From an uncultured Parabacteroides sp. (lineage in GTDB: Bacteria; Bacteroidota; Bacteroidia; Bacteroidales; Tannerellaceae): a stretch of 64,000 nucleotides of DNA. A model generated the notes under the pieces. It saw only the letters and a list, made by a program, of their open reading frames with translations, did not search any database and was not told the DNA's origin. Shown here one piece after another: positions 49,319 to 59,756 of the stretch (position 1 is its first letter; each line of letters begins with the position of its first letter). The stretch is from the NCBI GenBank assembly GCA_963560035.1, contig CAUWMZ010000002.1, forward strand, positions 35,685-99,684, written 5' to 3'. A program made the position numbers and the translations under genes.

Positions 49319-50848
49319 TCACAGTCTGATTTTTTTCGTTTTACCATTACTTTCATTGTGGAATCGATCTACGGCTGTTACTACATAGCGATATTTGATC
49401 TTTCCTTTTTCATACGGCAAAAGATAATTTGTTTTGCGTGTGATAGCGACGATTTTAGAAGGATCGCTGATATTGATAGGCTCTTTTGCCGTGAATCGAT
49501 AAATAACGAAATAGGTCGCTAATTCCGGATTAGTCAAACTTTGCTCGGCTTCCCAATGCAATAAAAAGCCATTAGGAGTCCATTCTGCTTTTAGTTTGCT
49601 GACCTCTTTGGGCATTCGATTATGCATATGTGTATAAGCCGGAATAAGTGCCGGATAGCGATGATAATTTCTTTTTAGGCTATCTGCGACACCTTTATTG
49701 TTCCAAAGTATTTCATTTGCTGGCCAAAAACAATTACCGGAGATATTGGGTAAAGCTCTTTCATATCTCATTTTGCGAGTCAATTGATGCGCTTTCATCG
49801 TTCGTACTACATCTTGTCCAATATATAAGTGTCCTCCTTGAGCATTTTTATTCCACCATTTGATTAGGGTGATATAATCAGCGGCGGGGTGGCCTATTTC
49901 CCAATATATTTGCGGTATATTGTAGTCGATCCATCCTTGACGAACCCAATATGTGACATCTGCATACAGATCATCATAGTTTTGTAGACCATTTGTGTTG
50001 CTTCCGGAGCCATCCGGGGTGCTTCGTTTATTGCGGTAAATACCGAACGGACTAATACCAAAGCGTACCCAAGGTTTTGTTAATAAGATAGTGCGTTTGA
50101 TTTCTCTTATCAGCATATTTACATTATCTCGTCTCCAAGCGTCTCTTTGAGATTCTTTATATCCTTTTTTTAATCCATATTTATAGAAACTGTTATCATC
50201 AGGGAAAGGCATTCCGGCGACAGGATATGGATAGAAATAGTCATCCATATGGATAGCGTCAACATCATAACGAGTGACAATATCACGAACTACACGGCAA
50301 ATAAATTGGCGGCACCCGGGCAGTCCCGGATCAAAAAGAATTTGTTTATTATAGGTAACAAACCATTCGGGGTGTTTGTGGTAGATGTGATTAGCGGCAA
50401 ATCGAGTGTTGCCGGCTGTACTGGCTCTATAGGGATTGAGCCATGCATGAAACTCCATGTTTCGTTTGTGGCATTCTTGAATCATAAAAGCCATGGGGTC
50501 GAAATTTCCTGCGGGAGCAACTCCTTGCTCTCCGGTAAGAAAACGGCTCCAAGGCTCTATATTTGATTTATAAAAGGCATCTGCTTCGGGACGCACTTGA
50601 AATATGATGGCGTTGATGCCACATGCTTGTAGATAATTAAGCTTACGGATAAAGCTTTTCTTCATTTGTGTGGGAGTCATGTCCTTGTATTCACCTTGAA
50701 AGGCTGTTTGGATCCAAGCTCCTCGGAATTCTCTTTTAGCTTCTTTTTGCGTAGTGCTCGTGGATTGAGATATTTTGTGAACGGAGGAACAAGAGGTTAA
50801 TGCTCCTAAAATAATCGCTATTAAAAAACGGAGATATTTAACGTACAT
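49319..50848 (-). CDS. Glycoside hydrolase-like 10 (DUF187/YddW-DigH-like) lipoprotein with C-terminal FN3-like domain
   Basis: Lipobox LTSC; EFRGAWI, FQVRPEADAFY, HAWLNPYR, HMDDYFYPYP and DYNIPQIYW motifs; -7 box TACATTTG at 50885-50892. Confidence 0.88.
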   Translation of the reverse strand: MYVKYLRFLIAIILGALTSCSSVHKISQSTSTTQKEAKREFRGAWIQTAFQGEYKDMTPTQMKKSFIRKLNYLQACGINAIIFQVRPEADAFYKSNIEPWSRFLTGEQGVAPAGNFDPMAFMIQECHKRNMEFHAWLNPYRASTAGNTRFAANHIYHKHPEWFVTYNKQILFDPGLPGCRQFICRVVRDIVTRYDVDAIHMDDYFYPYPVAGMPFPDDNSFYKYGLKKGYKESQRDAWRRDNVNMLIREIKRTILLTKPWVRFGISPFGIYRNKRSTPDGSGSNTNGLQNYDDLYADVTYWVRQGWIDYNIPQIYWEIGHPAADYITLIKWWNKNAQGGHLYIGQDVVRTMKAHQLTRKMRYERALPNISGNCFWPANEILWNNKGVADSLKRNYHRYPALIPAYTHMHNRMPKEVSKLKAEWTPNGFLLHWEAEQSLTNPELATYFVIYRFTAKEPINISDPSKIVAITRKTNYLLPYEKGKIKYRYVVTAVDRFHNESNGKTKKIRL

Positions 50849-51158
50849 GAGTATTTTATAAATTTATTCTGTGAAAATGTTCAGCAAATGTAGGGGATTT
50901 CACGAAAAGAGAGCGCATTTTGTTATAGATATTTAAAAGCTGTATTTCTCTTTCCCGGAATTGTGCTTTTTGTATGTGTTTGGAATAAAGCGGAATCTAT
51001 AATTAAGTAAGAGTGAAGATAAAAATAAGGAAAATGGCATTGTTGGATTTTTGTTTAATTATGCTTGCGTTAGAGAATCCTCATTCTTTGAAAAAAGAGA
51101 TTGTGGCTTTAAGTTTTTGCGGACAAAGGGTTATCTTTGCGTAAAAAGAAGAAGAAAT

Positions 51159-53942
51159 ATGTCTAATAGCGATTCGATTTTCATAAAGGGTGCTCGTGTC
51201 AATAACTTAAAGAATATAGATGTTGAGATTCCAAGAGATAAGCTGGTGGTTATAACGGGATTGTCCGGTAGTGGAAAATCTTCGTTGGCTTTTGATACTC
51301 TTTATGCGGAGGGACAACGCCGGTATGTGGAAAGTCTTTCTGCCTATGCTCGTCAGTTCTTGGGAAGAATGAGCAAGCCGGAATGTGATTACATCAAGGG
51401 GATTCCGCCCGCTATCGCTATTGAGCAGAAAGTAAACACTCGTAATCCTCGCTCAACAGTCGGGACATCTACTGAGATTTATGAATATTTGCGCTTGTTA
51501 TATGCCCGCATAGGTAAGACTATTTCTCCAATATCTGGAGTGGAGGTTAAGAAACATCAGGTCAGCGATATTGTAAAAGACGTGTTGGCTTATCCGGAAG
51601 GAACACGTTTTGCGTTGTTCGCTCCTGTGATATTACCTGAAGGGCGAGAGATGAGGGAGCAATTAGAGATTTTGCGAAAGGAAGGCTATGCGCGTTTGCT
51701 TGTCAACGAGACTATTTATCGTATCTCGGAAGTGTTGGCGAGCGAAGATCTACTCTCTTATCCTATTGAATTGTTGATAGATCGCTTGAGTGTCTCTGCT
51801 GATAAGACTTTGAAAAATCGTTTAGCGGATTCTGTCGAGACAGCTTTTTTTGAGGGACATGGAGTTTGTCTCGTTCGTATTTATGGAGAGTCAAAGACCA
51901 TAGTAAATGAATATTCAAAGAAGTTTGAGGCTGATGGAATGTCGTTTGAAGAGCCTTCAGATATGATGTTCAACTTCAATAATCCGGTAGGTGCTTGTCC
52001 CGTATGTGAGGGCTTCGGCAAGGTGCTGGGTGTTGATGAGAATTTGGTGATACCAGATAAAAGCCTGTCTGTGTATCAGGGAGCGGTAGTTTGTTGGAAA
52101 GGAGAGGTGATGGGTGAATGGTTGAAAGATTTTATCTCGCAAAGTGAGAGATATAATTTCCCGATACATCGCCCATATTACGATTTGACTCAAGAAGAAA
52201 GAGATTTGTTATGGCATGGCGCGAAAGGAGTGCATGGCATTGATGATTTCTTCAAGTTCGTGGAAGAGAATCTTTATAAAATTCAATATAGAGTATTGCA
52301 GGCGCGTTATCGAGGCAAGACGACTTGTCCTGCATGCAAGGGAGGCCGTTTAAAACCCGAGGCATTGTATGTTCAAGTTGGAGGCAAAAATATAGCAGAA
52401 ATTGTAACAATGCCTGTTTCAGAAGCAAAAGTGTTTTTTGATACTTTGGCATTGGATCAGACAGATGCCGCTATCGCAAAACGCTTATTGACGGAGATTC
52501 GCAATAGACTGCAATTTTTATTAGATGTAGGATTAGGCTATTTGACATTAGATCGTTTGTCATCGTCTTTATCAGGAGGAGAAAGTCAACGTATTAATTT
52601 AGCTACCTCTTTGGGAAGTAGCTTAGTCGGTTCGTTATATATATTGGATGAGCCAAGCATTGGACTTCATTCAAGGGATACAGATCTGTTGATAAAAGTG
52701 TTGAGACAGTTACAGACGTTAGGGAATACAGTCGTTGTCGTAGAACATGATGAAGAGATCATACGTGCGGCAGATTATATTATAGATATTGGACCTAAAG
52801 CGGGCCGTTTAGGAGGGCAGGTCGTTTATCAAGGGGATATTAATGATTTGCAAAAATGTAGTGATAGCTATACAGTTCGCTATTTGACGGGCGAAGATAA
52901 AATAGAGGTTCCTCTTTATCGTCGTCCATGGAATAATTATATAGAAGTACTTGGAGCTAGAAAAAATAATCTGAAAGGCGTAAATGTGAGATTTCCTCTA
53001 AATGTCATGACTGTTGTAACGGGAGTCAGTGGGTCGGGGAAAAGCTCATTGGTACGTGATATTTTTTATGAAGGAGTAAAACGACATTTAGACGATGTGG
53101 CTCGTTTGAACTTGGATTGTAGTGCTATTCAAGGCGATTTCAATATGATTCAAGCTATCGAATATGTCGATCAAAACTCGATAGGAAAAAGTTCTCGCTC
53201 AAATCCGGTTACTTATATAGGGGCATATGATGAGATACGTAAGCTTTTTGGTGATCAACCCTTAGCGAAACAGATGGGATATAGTGCCGCTTATTTCTCT
53301 TTTAATAAAGAGGGGGGGCGTTGTGAAGAGTGTAAGGGTGAAGGCAAGATTACGGTAGAGATGCAGTTTATGGCTGATATTACGCTTGAATGTGAAGCAT
53401 GCCATGGGAAGCGCTTTAAACAAGATATATTGGATGTTGAGTATCGAGGCGTAAATATCTATGATGTCTTAGAAATGACGGTCAATCAAGCTATTGAATT
53501 TTTTGAACAAGTTGCCGGGACACAAGAGAAGAAGATCATAAAGCGTTTAAAACCATTGCAAGATGTTGGTTTGGGCTATATTAAATTAGGACAAACCTCT
53601 TCGACCTTGTCAGGAGGAGAAAATCAACGTGTTAAATTGGCCTATTATTTGGGTCAAGAAAAGCAGGCTCCTACATTATTTGTTTTTGATGAGCCGACAA
53701 CAGGTCTGCATTTTCATGATATAAAGGTTTTATTAAAGGCTTTCAATGCATTGATAGATAAAGGGCACTCAGTAGTGATCATTGAACATAATATGGATGT
53801 CATCAAGTGTGCGGACTATGTTATTGATTTAGGGCCGGAAGGAGGTAAAGATGGCGGTAATTTGGTGTGTGCCGGTACACCGGAAGAGATTGCCGCATGT
53901 GAACAGTCTTATACGGGGAAATTCTTGAAAGAGAAGTTGTGA
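51159..53942 (+). CDS. uvrA: Excinuclease ABC subunit A
   Basis: Two GxSGSGKSS Walker A motifs, LSGGESQR, Zn-finger CxxC pairs; start [12 protein letters not shown] at 51159 behind -7 box TATCTTTG (51132-51139). Confidence 0.96.
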   Translation: MSNSDSIFIKGARVNNLKNIDVEIPRDKLVVITGLSGSGKSSLAFDTLYAEGQRRYVESLSAYARQFLGRMSKPECDYIKGIPPAIAIEQKVNTRNPRSTVGTSTEIYEYLRLLYARIGKTISPISGVEVKKHQVSDIVKDVLAYPEGTRFALFAPVILPEGREMREQLEILRKEGYARLLVNETIYRISEVLASEDLLSYPIELLIDRLSVSADKTLKNRLADSVETAFFEGHGVCLVRIYGESKTIVNEYSKKFEADGMSFEEPSDMMFNFNNPVGACPVCEGFGKVLGVDENLVIPDKSLSVYQGAVVCWKGEVMGEWLKDFISQSERYNFPIHRPYYDLTQEERDLLWHGAKGVHGIDDFFKFVEENLYKIQYRVLQARYRGKTTCPACKGGRLKPEALYVQVGGKNIAEIVTMPVSEAKVFFDTLALDQTDAAIAKRLLTEIRNRLQFLLDVGLGYLTLDRLSSSLSGGESQRINLATSLGSSLVGSLYILDEPSIGLHSRDTDLLIKVLRQLQTLGNTVVVVEHDEEIIRAADYIIDIGPKAGRLGGQVVYQGDINDLQKCSDSYTVRYLTGEDKIEVPLYRRPWNNYIEVLGARKNNLKGVNVRFPLNVMTVVTGVSGSGKSSLVRDIFYEGVKRHLDDVARLNLDCSAIQGDFNMIQAIEYVDQNSIGKSSRSNPVTYIGAYDEIRKLFGDQPLAKQMGYSAAYFSFNKEGGRCEECKGEGKITVEMQFMADITLECEACHGKRFKQDILDVEYRGVNIYDVLEMTVNQAIEFFEQVAGTQEKKIIKRLKPLQDVGLGYIKLGQTSSTLSGGENQRVKLAYYLGQEKQAPTLFVFDEPTTGLHFHDIKVLLKAFNALIDKGHSVVIIEHNMDVIKCADYVIDLGPEGGKDGGNLVCAGTPEEIAACEQSYTGKFLKEKL

Positions 53943-53963
53943 TTATAGATATAAATAAAAAGG

Positions 53964-53997
53964 AAGAAAGCCTGTACCTCACGGTGCAGGCTTTCTT
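53964..53997. terminator. Bidirectional terminator between uvrA and the PHP gene
   Basis: AAGAAAGCCTGTACC/GGTGCAGGCTTTCTT, 4-nt loop. Confidence 0.8.
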
Positions 53998-54053
53998 AAT
54001 TCAAAAGTGTGTCTCTCAAGTGTATCAATATATAATAATAAGTAATGATTGTT

Positions 54054-55139
54054 CTAGAATTCCCATGAGTAAGAGAGCCCTTTTCCTGGAGCTACTAACA
54101 GATTCGTTACTTCAAAAGTGATAGCACCTTCAATTGTTGGTCGATGTACATAAGTAACGAAAGTGTAATGAGTTTTAGGTTTGATAGTGTAATCACGGAA
54201 GTAGTTTAATTCAGGATCATGTTCATTCTTTTTTAATGTGAATGTTAGATCAGAATTGTTATAAATCGTGATTTGAACGCTCTTATCTGTTTTATTGATT
54301 TTTTCTATTTTCACCGCATTTTTGAAAAGATCTTTCAAGTAAACCTCTTCGCCAATAACTTTATCTTTGAAAAAGACAGCGGTTCTTCTATTAAGTAATG
54401 CTTCCTTGATGCTTTCGGCGGTGCGTTCTTTTGCGAAAACTAAAGTCATTGTACGATGTTCTCCTTTCGAGAAATCAATGTCTGTTTGGATTGGCTGATG
54501 AATATCAGAAGTACCCATCATAGTTAATTTTTTATCAATGCACCATTGATGAGCTTCCGGATAGTAGTTTACGCCATTTGCGACCTCTATTCCTTGCATG
54601 AAACCTCCTTCATATAATTTTGTATGAATATCCCACCAACGAGTTACCTCTGGTTGTTGAGCGTCCCATCCTGGATGATTCCAGAAAATAAAGGCATTTT
54701 GGGTTTTTGCCGCTTTAAAAGCGTCCATATAATCAGGCGTATCTAATTTATCGCAATCTTGTAAAAAGATAGCGTTGTTATGTCCTGGTGCCATATTTCT
54801 TGTGATCTCGCTACCTTTAATAAGGATTACGCCAAGCTGATCAGCTTGCTTTTTTGCGATCTCATAAGAGCGATTATGGCTTGCGTTTATTTCTTTGTGT
54901 GGGCGATATTCGATGTGCTCTGTGATAGCGATGGCGTCAAGTCCTTCAGCATAAGCCTCATCTACACGTACTGTTGGCCATACAAGTCCGTCAGAGAAAA
55001 CAGTATGCATGTGAAAATCACATTTTAGGGTTTTGTATTGATCCAAGTTAGGGATAGATAAACTTTTATCTTGGTTTTGCGCAAATGAGAATTGAGCAGC
55101 GCATAAAGTCAGTAAAGCAGATAAGCAGAATTGTTTCAT
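54054..55139 (-). CDS. PHP domain phosphoesterase, secreted
   Basis: Signal peptide (SFA-Q); DFHMHTVFSDG, AITEH, GHNNAIF, WNHPGW and TSDIH metal-binding motifs. Confidence 0.88.
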   Translation of the reverse strand: MKQFCLSALLTLCAAQFSFAQNQDKSLSIPNLDQYKTLKCDFHMHTVFSDGLVWPTVRVDEAYAEGLDAIAITEHIEYRPHKEINASHNRSYEIAKKQADQLGVILIKGSEITRNMAPGHNNAIFLQDCDKLDTPDYMDAFKAAKTQNAFIFWNHPGWDAQQPEVTRWWDIHTKLYEGGFMQGIEVANGVNYYPEAHQWCIDKKLTMMGTSDIHQPIQTDIDFSKGEHRTMTLVFAKERTAESIKEALLNRRTAVFFKDKVIGEEVYLKDLFKNAVKIEKINKTDKSVQITIYNNSDLTFTLKKNEHDPELNYFRDYTIKPKTHYTFVTYVHRPTIEGAITFEVTNLLVAPGKGLSYSWEF

Positions 55140-55361
55140 AAATACGTCATTTTATTTTGACGCAAAATAAGCTTTATAGTGTTTCGATGTTATGACAGAC
55201 GTAATACGATTGAAAAACAAAAAAAAGTATTTCTTTTTGTCATATGAATGGCTTTTTTTGTTTCTTTTTTGTGTTAAGTTTCGTTATATGGATGACTGAA
55301 TGTGTTGAAGAGTAAATGTGTTGCCTAAATGGACTTGTGTTGATATTTATTTGATGGCAGA

Positions 55362-55413
55362 ATAGGAGTCACAATGTGTAGAAGAAAATTTCTCCGCACG
55401 TTGTGACTCCTAT
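55362..55413. repeat. Long hairpin downstream of the secreted orphan gene
   Basis: 13-bp perfect arms ATAGGAGTCACAA/TTGTGACTCCTAT extended by 5 further pairs (two G-U); no clear U-tract. Confidence 0.7.
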
Positions 55414-55442
55414 ATTGATCATTTAATATTTAAGGCCTAATA

Positions 55443-56924
55443 TTAATCAGCGACCGTATGGTTTTCACTGTTTATAATTAAGACCGTATTTTGGTTGGCT
55501 TTTATGAAAAAGGCCGAGAAAGCAGGAATAATGAAATCGCCGGTAAGCGCATGAGCGTGATAGTCTGTCCCATTATATATATAGACATATCCATCTAATG
55601 CGGCATTAGGTTCTATTTGCTTGACGGGAAGCGGAGCTGGAAGAGGGTTGCCACAAAGGAACCATCCGTTATGGTCTTGGTTATCACTATTCTTGTTGAT
55701 TGTTGTTTGTATTTTTATTTCTCCTTTTTTGCCAAAATTGTTGGGAATTTTTCCCTTTTTTGAAGAAAAGCTTAGAGTTTGAGTGTCTGCTCCTTCATCT
55801 ATGGAGATTAGATAACCAATATTTTTTTTGAAGATTGGTTCGCTACTTTCAGGTTGTGTCATTACTTCCCAATTGCCGGAAAGAGTCTGACTCTTTGCTC
55901 TTTTTTCATTATTGTAAGTGCGGACATAAAAATAATTGCCATTAGTTTTATTTTTATCGTCACCCATTATAAAGGAGGAGTCAATATTTGAGCGATAGAC
56001 ATCAAAAGGGAAAGAGATAAAATACCATTTTCCTTTCTCCTTAAAGGTTTTTTTTATGGTAACATTGTTTTTAATGCGGACATTACCTTTTGAAGAAAAA
56101 GAGGAGCACTCCGATGAGTTATCGTCAGAATATATCGTTAGGCTATTGATAGATAAATCTCCCGTAGAGGAAATGTTTATACTTCCGGTACCAATGAAAA
56201 GATCTTCGCAAGAGATTGCCGTGTTGATGGAGGCTTTGCCATTTATTAATGCGCTTCTATGTCTTAATGCAGGTAAATGGCTCCAGTATTTGTCTTCGTC
56301 CCAATTGCCACTACCAGTGAATAGGCTATATTTAGGAATAATGCCGTGCACATAGACACTATCAATATAATAGTAGCCATTTTGAGTTTTTGATGATGGT
56401 TCCGAAGTGATGAAGTCTACCCTAGGGGGATTATTTATGATTTTTTTACGAAAGAATTTTATCGTAGAGTTGTTTGATGTGACTGCTTTAGCAGTGATAG
56501 TATCATCATTATCACTAGGGCGATAAGCTTTTATTGCTAAATTTTCACCTATCATAAGTTTTGTTCCGGCAGCACGAAAAGATATTATACGTTCTGTGTA
56601 TTGCTTAGGATCGAACTCTTCAAACATGATTTTTGAATCAAGAGAGAGCTTTAATGCCGTGTCGCTATGTTGACCAAATGATGGATCAAGTTCAGAGATA
56701 TCCTCTATCTTTGTTGTCCCTTGTGTTTCGTATCTCCATCCGGAAGAATTCGTGTCGGAAAATGTCTGTAAGAGAAATGTATCTCTAACAGGGATGTTGT
56801 TTTTTCCTTTTACGAAAGAGTCCCATGTAGAGGGAAGGTTTGATTGTGAAAAGCTGGATTGACAAGTGCATAATAATACAATGCACACAAAAAGCCGTTT
56901 TAGGCTGTTCGTTTTCTTTTTCAT
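55443..56924 (-). CDS. Secreted hypothetical protein resembling passenger domains of T9SS substrates, without an evident CTD
   Basis: Signal peptide (SFS-Q); KWYFISFPFDV, GWFLCGNPLP, YVYIYNG and IPAFSAFFIKA motifs; ends shortly after the last motif. Confidence 0.6.
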   Translation of the reverse strand: MKKKTNSLKRLFVCIVLLCTCQSSFSQSNLPSTWDSFVKGKNNIPVRDTFLLQTFSDTNSSGWRYETQGTTKIEDISELDPSFGQHSDTALKLSLDSKIMFEEFDPKQYTERIISFRAAGTKLMIGENLAIKAYRPSDNDDTITAKAVTSNNSTIKFFRKKIINNPPRVDFITSEPSSKTQNGYYYIDSVYVHGIIPKYSLFTGSGNWDEDKYWSHLPALRHRSALINGKASINTAISCEDLFIGTGSINISSTGDLSINSLTIYSDDNSSECSSFSSKGNVRIKNNVTIKKTFKEKGKWYFISFPFDVYRSNIDSSFIMGDDKNKTNGNYFYVRTYNNEKRAKSQTLSGNWEVMTQPESSEPIFKKNIGYLISIDEGADTQTLSFSSKKGKIPNNFGKKGEIKIQTTINKNSDNQDHNGWFLCGNPLPAPLPVKQIEPNAALDGYVYIYNGTDYHAHALTGDFIIPAFSAFFIKANQNTVLIINSENHTVAD

Positions 56925-56954
56925 AGTAGGATTTTTAAAAGGTAAATATATTCA

Positions 56955-56990
56955 CAAAGATACGTAAATAATTGAAATAATATATCTTTG
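56955..56990. promoter_or_regulatory. Back-to-back divergent -7 boxes (TATCTTTG minus at 56955-56962; TATCTTTG plus at 56983-56990)
   Basis: Two exact, identical TATCTTTGTG cores 20 bp apart in a 70-bp intergenic region. Confidence 0.55.
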
Positions 56991-56994
56991 TGGC

Positions 56995-58206
56995 ATGAAA
57001 GAATTTATCATATCAGAAGCACAGACAGAAAAAGCTGTTTTGGTGGGTTTGATAACCCCTGAGCAAAATGAGCAAAAGGTGAAAGAATACCTGGATGAAT
57101 TGGCATTTCTTGCTGATACGGCAGGTGTGAATGCGGTAAAGCGTTTTACTCAAAAGTTGGAATATCCAAATTCTGTTACATTTGTTGGAACCGGAAAGTT
57201 GCAGGAGATAAAAGAATATGTAGTAGAAAATGAGATAGGTTTAGCTATTTTTGATGATGAACTTTCTCCTAAGCAACTTCGCAACATTGAAAAAGAACTG
57301 CAGGTTAAGATTCTAGACCGTACGAGTTTGATTTTGGATATCTTTGCTAGTCGTGCGCAGACAGCTCACGCAAAGACACAAGTGGAGTTGGCCCAGTATA
57401 AATATATGTTGCCTCGTTTGACTCGTTTGTGGACTCACTTGGAGCGTCAGCGTGGAGGTGTTGGTATGCGCGGTCCAGGAGAGACTCAGCTAGAGACAGA
57501 TAAGCGTATTATCTTGGATAAGATAGCTCGTTTAAAGAAAGAGCTTGTGGATATTGATAAGCAAAAGAGCGTACAGCGTAAGAACCGTGGAAAAATGGTT
57601 CGTGTCGCTTTGGTTGGATACACAAATGTGGGCAAATCAACATTGATGAACTTGTTGAGTAAAAGTGATGTGTTTGCGGAAAATAAATTATTTGCGACAT
57701 TGGATACCACTGTGCGTAAAGTCATTATAGAGAATTTGCCTTTCCTGCTCTCAGACACAGTAGGTTTTATTCGTAAACTTCCAACAGAATTGGTTGAGTC
57801 GTTTAAATCTACGCTTGATGAGGTAAGAGAAGCTGATTTATTGGTGCATGTTGTGGATATATCACATCCTACTTTTGAGGAGCAAATAGAGGTGGTCAAT
57901 CGCACATTGGCAGAAATAGATAAGAAAGAGAAACCCATGATTATGGTGTTTAATAAAGTTGATGCTTTCACATTTGTGCCTAAAGATGAAGATGATTTGA
58001 CTCCACGCAGTAGAGAAAATATAGACTTGGAAGAATTGAAGCGAACCTGGATGGCAAAAATGCAGGATAATTGTATCTTTATATCCGCTAAAGAGCGCAC
58101 GAACATAGAGGAATTAAAAGCATTGTTGTATGAACGTGTTAAACAGATACACATAACACGTTTTCCTTATAACGATTTCTTGTTTCAACAATATGAAGAA
58201 GAATAG
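56995..58206 (+). CDS. hflX: Ribosome-splitting GTPase HflX
   Basis: ILDRTSLILDIFASRA, RGPGETQLETD, VGYTNVGKST, LFATLDTT, DTVGFI and NKVD motifs. Confidence 0.97.
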   Translation: MKEFIISEAQTEKAVLVGLITPEQNEQKVKEYLDELAFLADTAGVNAVKRFTQKLEYPNSVTFVGTGKLQEIKEYVVENEIGLAIFDDELSPKQLRNIEKELQVKILDRTSLILDIFASRAQTAHAKTQVELAQYKYMLPRLTRLWTHLERQRGGVGMRGPGETQLETDKRIILDKIARLKKELVDIDKQKSVQRKNRGKMVRVALVGYTNVGKSTLMNLLSKSDVFAENKLFATLDTTVRKVIIENLPFLLSDTVGFIRKLPTELVESFKSTLDEVREADLLVHVVDISHPTFEEQIEVVNRTLAEIDKKEKPMIMVFNKVDAFTFVPKDEDDLTPRSRENIDLEELKRTWMAKMQDNCIFISAKERTNIEELKALLYERVKQIHITRFPYNDFLFQQYEEE

Positions 58207-58239
58207 ATAAAAGTATGCCCTGAAAAATGGTATAGCAAT

Positions 58240-58286
58240 ATAGGCGATAATTTGGTAAAAGATCAAATTATCGCCTATCGCTTTTT
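58240..58286. terminator. Hairpin between convergent hflX and xerD, overlapping the xerD stop codon
   Basis: 15-bp perfect arms ATAGGCGATAATTTG/CAAATTATCGCCTAT, then CGCTTTTT. Confidence 0.65.
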
Positions 58287-59182
58287 TGCATATTTCTAGG
58301 ATGGTGCTCAAGGATTTCTTTTCTAAGAGATTCTCGGTCAATATGTGTATATATTTCGGTGGTTGTGATACTTTCGTGGCCTAACATCTCTTGTATGGCA
58401 CGAAGATTGGCGCCTCCTTCTAATAAGTGCGTAGCGAAAGAATGGCGAAATGTGTGAGGGCTGATATTTTTTTTGATGCCGGCAAGTTGGGCTTGTACTT
58501 TAATAATATGAAACACCATGATGCGAGATAAGGATGTTCCGCGTTTGCTGAGAAATAAGGTGTCTTCAAAACCTTTCTTGGGAGTCATGGAATTTCTGTC
58601 GATCAAATAGAAATTGATCTCTCGTAGAGCGGTGTTAGAAATGGGTACGAGTCGTTGCTTGTTGCCTTTACCTATCACCTTGATGAAACCTTCCTTAGGA
58701 TAAATATCTGCATAATGTAAATTAATAAGTTCTGATACACGCAGTCCACAGCTATATAAGACCTCTAACATCGCTCTGTTGCGTTGTCCTTCAGGTGTGG
58801 TGAGGTCTATAGAGTCGATGATTCGATTTATTTCGTTTACTGTTAATACGTCTGGAATTTTCATGCCGATCTTAGGAGACTCCAAGAGTTCGGTCGGATC
58901 TTTTTGGATATATTCATCCAAAAGTAAAAAGTGATAAAATGATTTTATTCCGGATATAATGCGAGCTTGTGAACGAGGTGCTATTCCTATATCGCAAAGC
59001 TGAGCGATGAATTGCTGTAAGTCTTCATACGTGATGTCTTTAATGTTTTTATGTTCATCTTCTGCGAAGTCTAATAATTTGTCAAGATCTGTCAAATAGG
59101 CATCGATAGAGTTGGGTGAAAGCGCTTTTTCTAACTTTAAATAGGTGTTATATCGATTTATTAAGTCATTTCCTTGTCGCAT
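58268..59182 (-). CDS. xerD: Site-specific tyrosine recombinase XerD
   Basis: NRAMLEVLYSCGLRVSEL, GKGNKQRLVP, SPHTFRHSFATHLLEGGANLRAIQEMLGH..ITTTEIYTH catalytic motifs. Confidence 0.9.
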   Translation of the reverse strand: MRQGNDLINRYNTYLKLEKALSPNSIDAYLTDLDKLLDFAEDEHKNIKDITYEDLQQFIAQLCDIGIAPRSQARIISGIKSFYHFLLLDEYIQKDPTELLESPKIGMKIPDVLTVNEINRIIDSIDLTTPEGQRNRAMLEVLYSCGLRVSELINLHYADIYPKEGFIKVIGKGNKQRLVPISNTALREINFYLIDRNSMTPKKGFEDTLFLSKRGTSLSRIMVFHIIKVQAQLAGIKKNISPHTFRHSFATHLLEGGANLRAIQEMLGHESITTTEIYTHIDRESLRKEILEHHPRNMQKSDRR

Positions 59183-59282
59183 TGTTGCTATGTCGGTATT
59201 AATGTGTCAAATAAAATCTTTACATTTGCCGGATAATTCCGGTCTCTACGAGCGGTACAAAGTTAATAAACTTGCAAAAAGG

Positions 59283-59699
59283 ATGAAGAAGATTCAGATC
59301 ATCAATGGGCCGAACTTGAATCTATTGGGTAAGCGGGAGCCTACAGTATATGGCAATACCTCGTTTGAGGGGTATTTGCGTGATATGCGTGAGCGTTTTT
59401 CTCAATGTGAGATATCTTATTATCAGAGTAATATAGAGGGAGAGTTGATCAACAAGATTCATGAGGTGGGTTTTGATTATGATGGAATTGTTTTAAATGC
59501 GGGTGCATACACTCACACGTCTATAGCGTTACATGACGCGATAAAGGCCGTTACAACTCCGGTTGTAGAAGTACACATTTCGAATGTGCATGCTCGAGAG
59601 TCATTTCGCCATGTTTCTATGATTTCTGCGGCCTGCAAAGGCGTGATTCTTGGTTTCGGATTAGATTCATATCGTTTGGCGATAGAGTCTTTTTTGTAA
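59283..59699 (+). CDS. aroQ: Type II 3-dehydroquinate dehydratase
   Basis: INGPNLNLLGKREP..YG, QSNIEGELI, NAGAYTHTS and EVHISNVHARESFRH; ATG 59283 behind -7 box TACATTTG (59221-59228). Confidence 0.96.
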   Translation: MKKIQIINGPNLNLLGKREPTVYGNTSFEGYLRDMRERFSQCEISYYQSNIEGELINKIHEVGFDYDGIVLNAGAYTHTSIALHDAIKAVTTPVVEVHISNVHARESFRHVSMISAACKGVILGFGLDSYRLAIESFL

Positions 59700-59756
59700 T
59701 GGTATGGAAGGTTATCAAAGTAGAATTAATAATAGGTTATAATAATTTAAGGTTAT

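Noticed and set aside
49020-49320. tRNA as an integration site for an island
   Set aside because: No integrase nearby and no duplicated tRNA 3' end seen in the window.
55213-55268. A-rich/T-rich inverted repeat upstream of the PHP gene
   Set aside because: Low-complexity homopolymer arms with no GC stem.
57486-58154. 222-aa antisense ORF in hflX and similar shadow ORFs (e.g. 14365-14988, 31907-32419, 36183-36674, 62957-63319)
   Set aside because: They lie entirely opposite well-conserved genes, have no recognisable motifs, and are explained by codon bias of the sense strand.
58268-59182. Tyrosine recombinase as integrase of a mobile element or capsule invertase
   Set aside because: It has the length and motifs of housekeeping XerD, sits among core genes, and has no att-like repeats or cargo.
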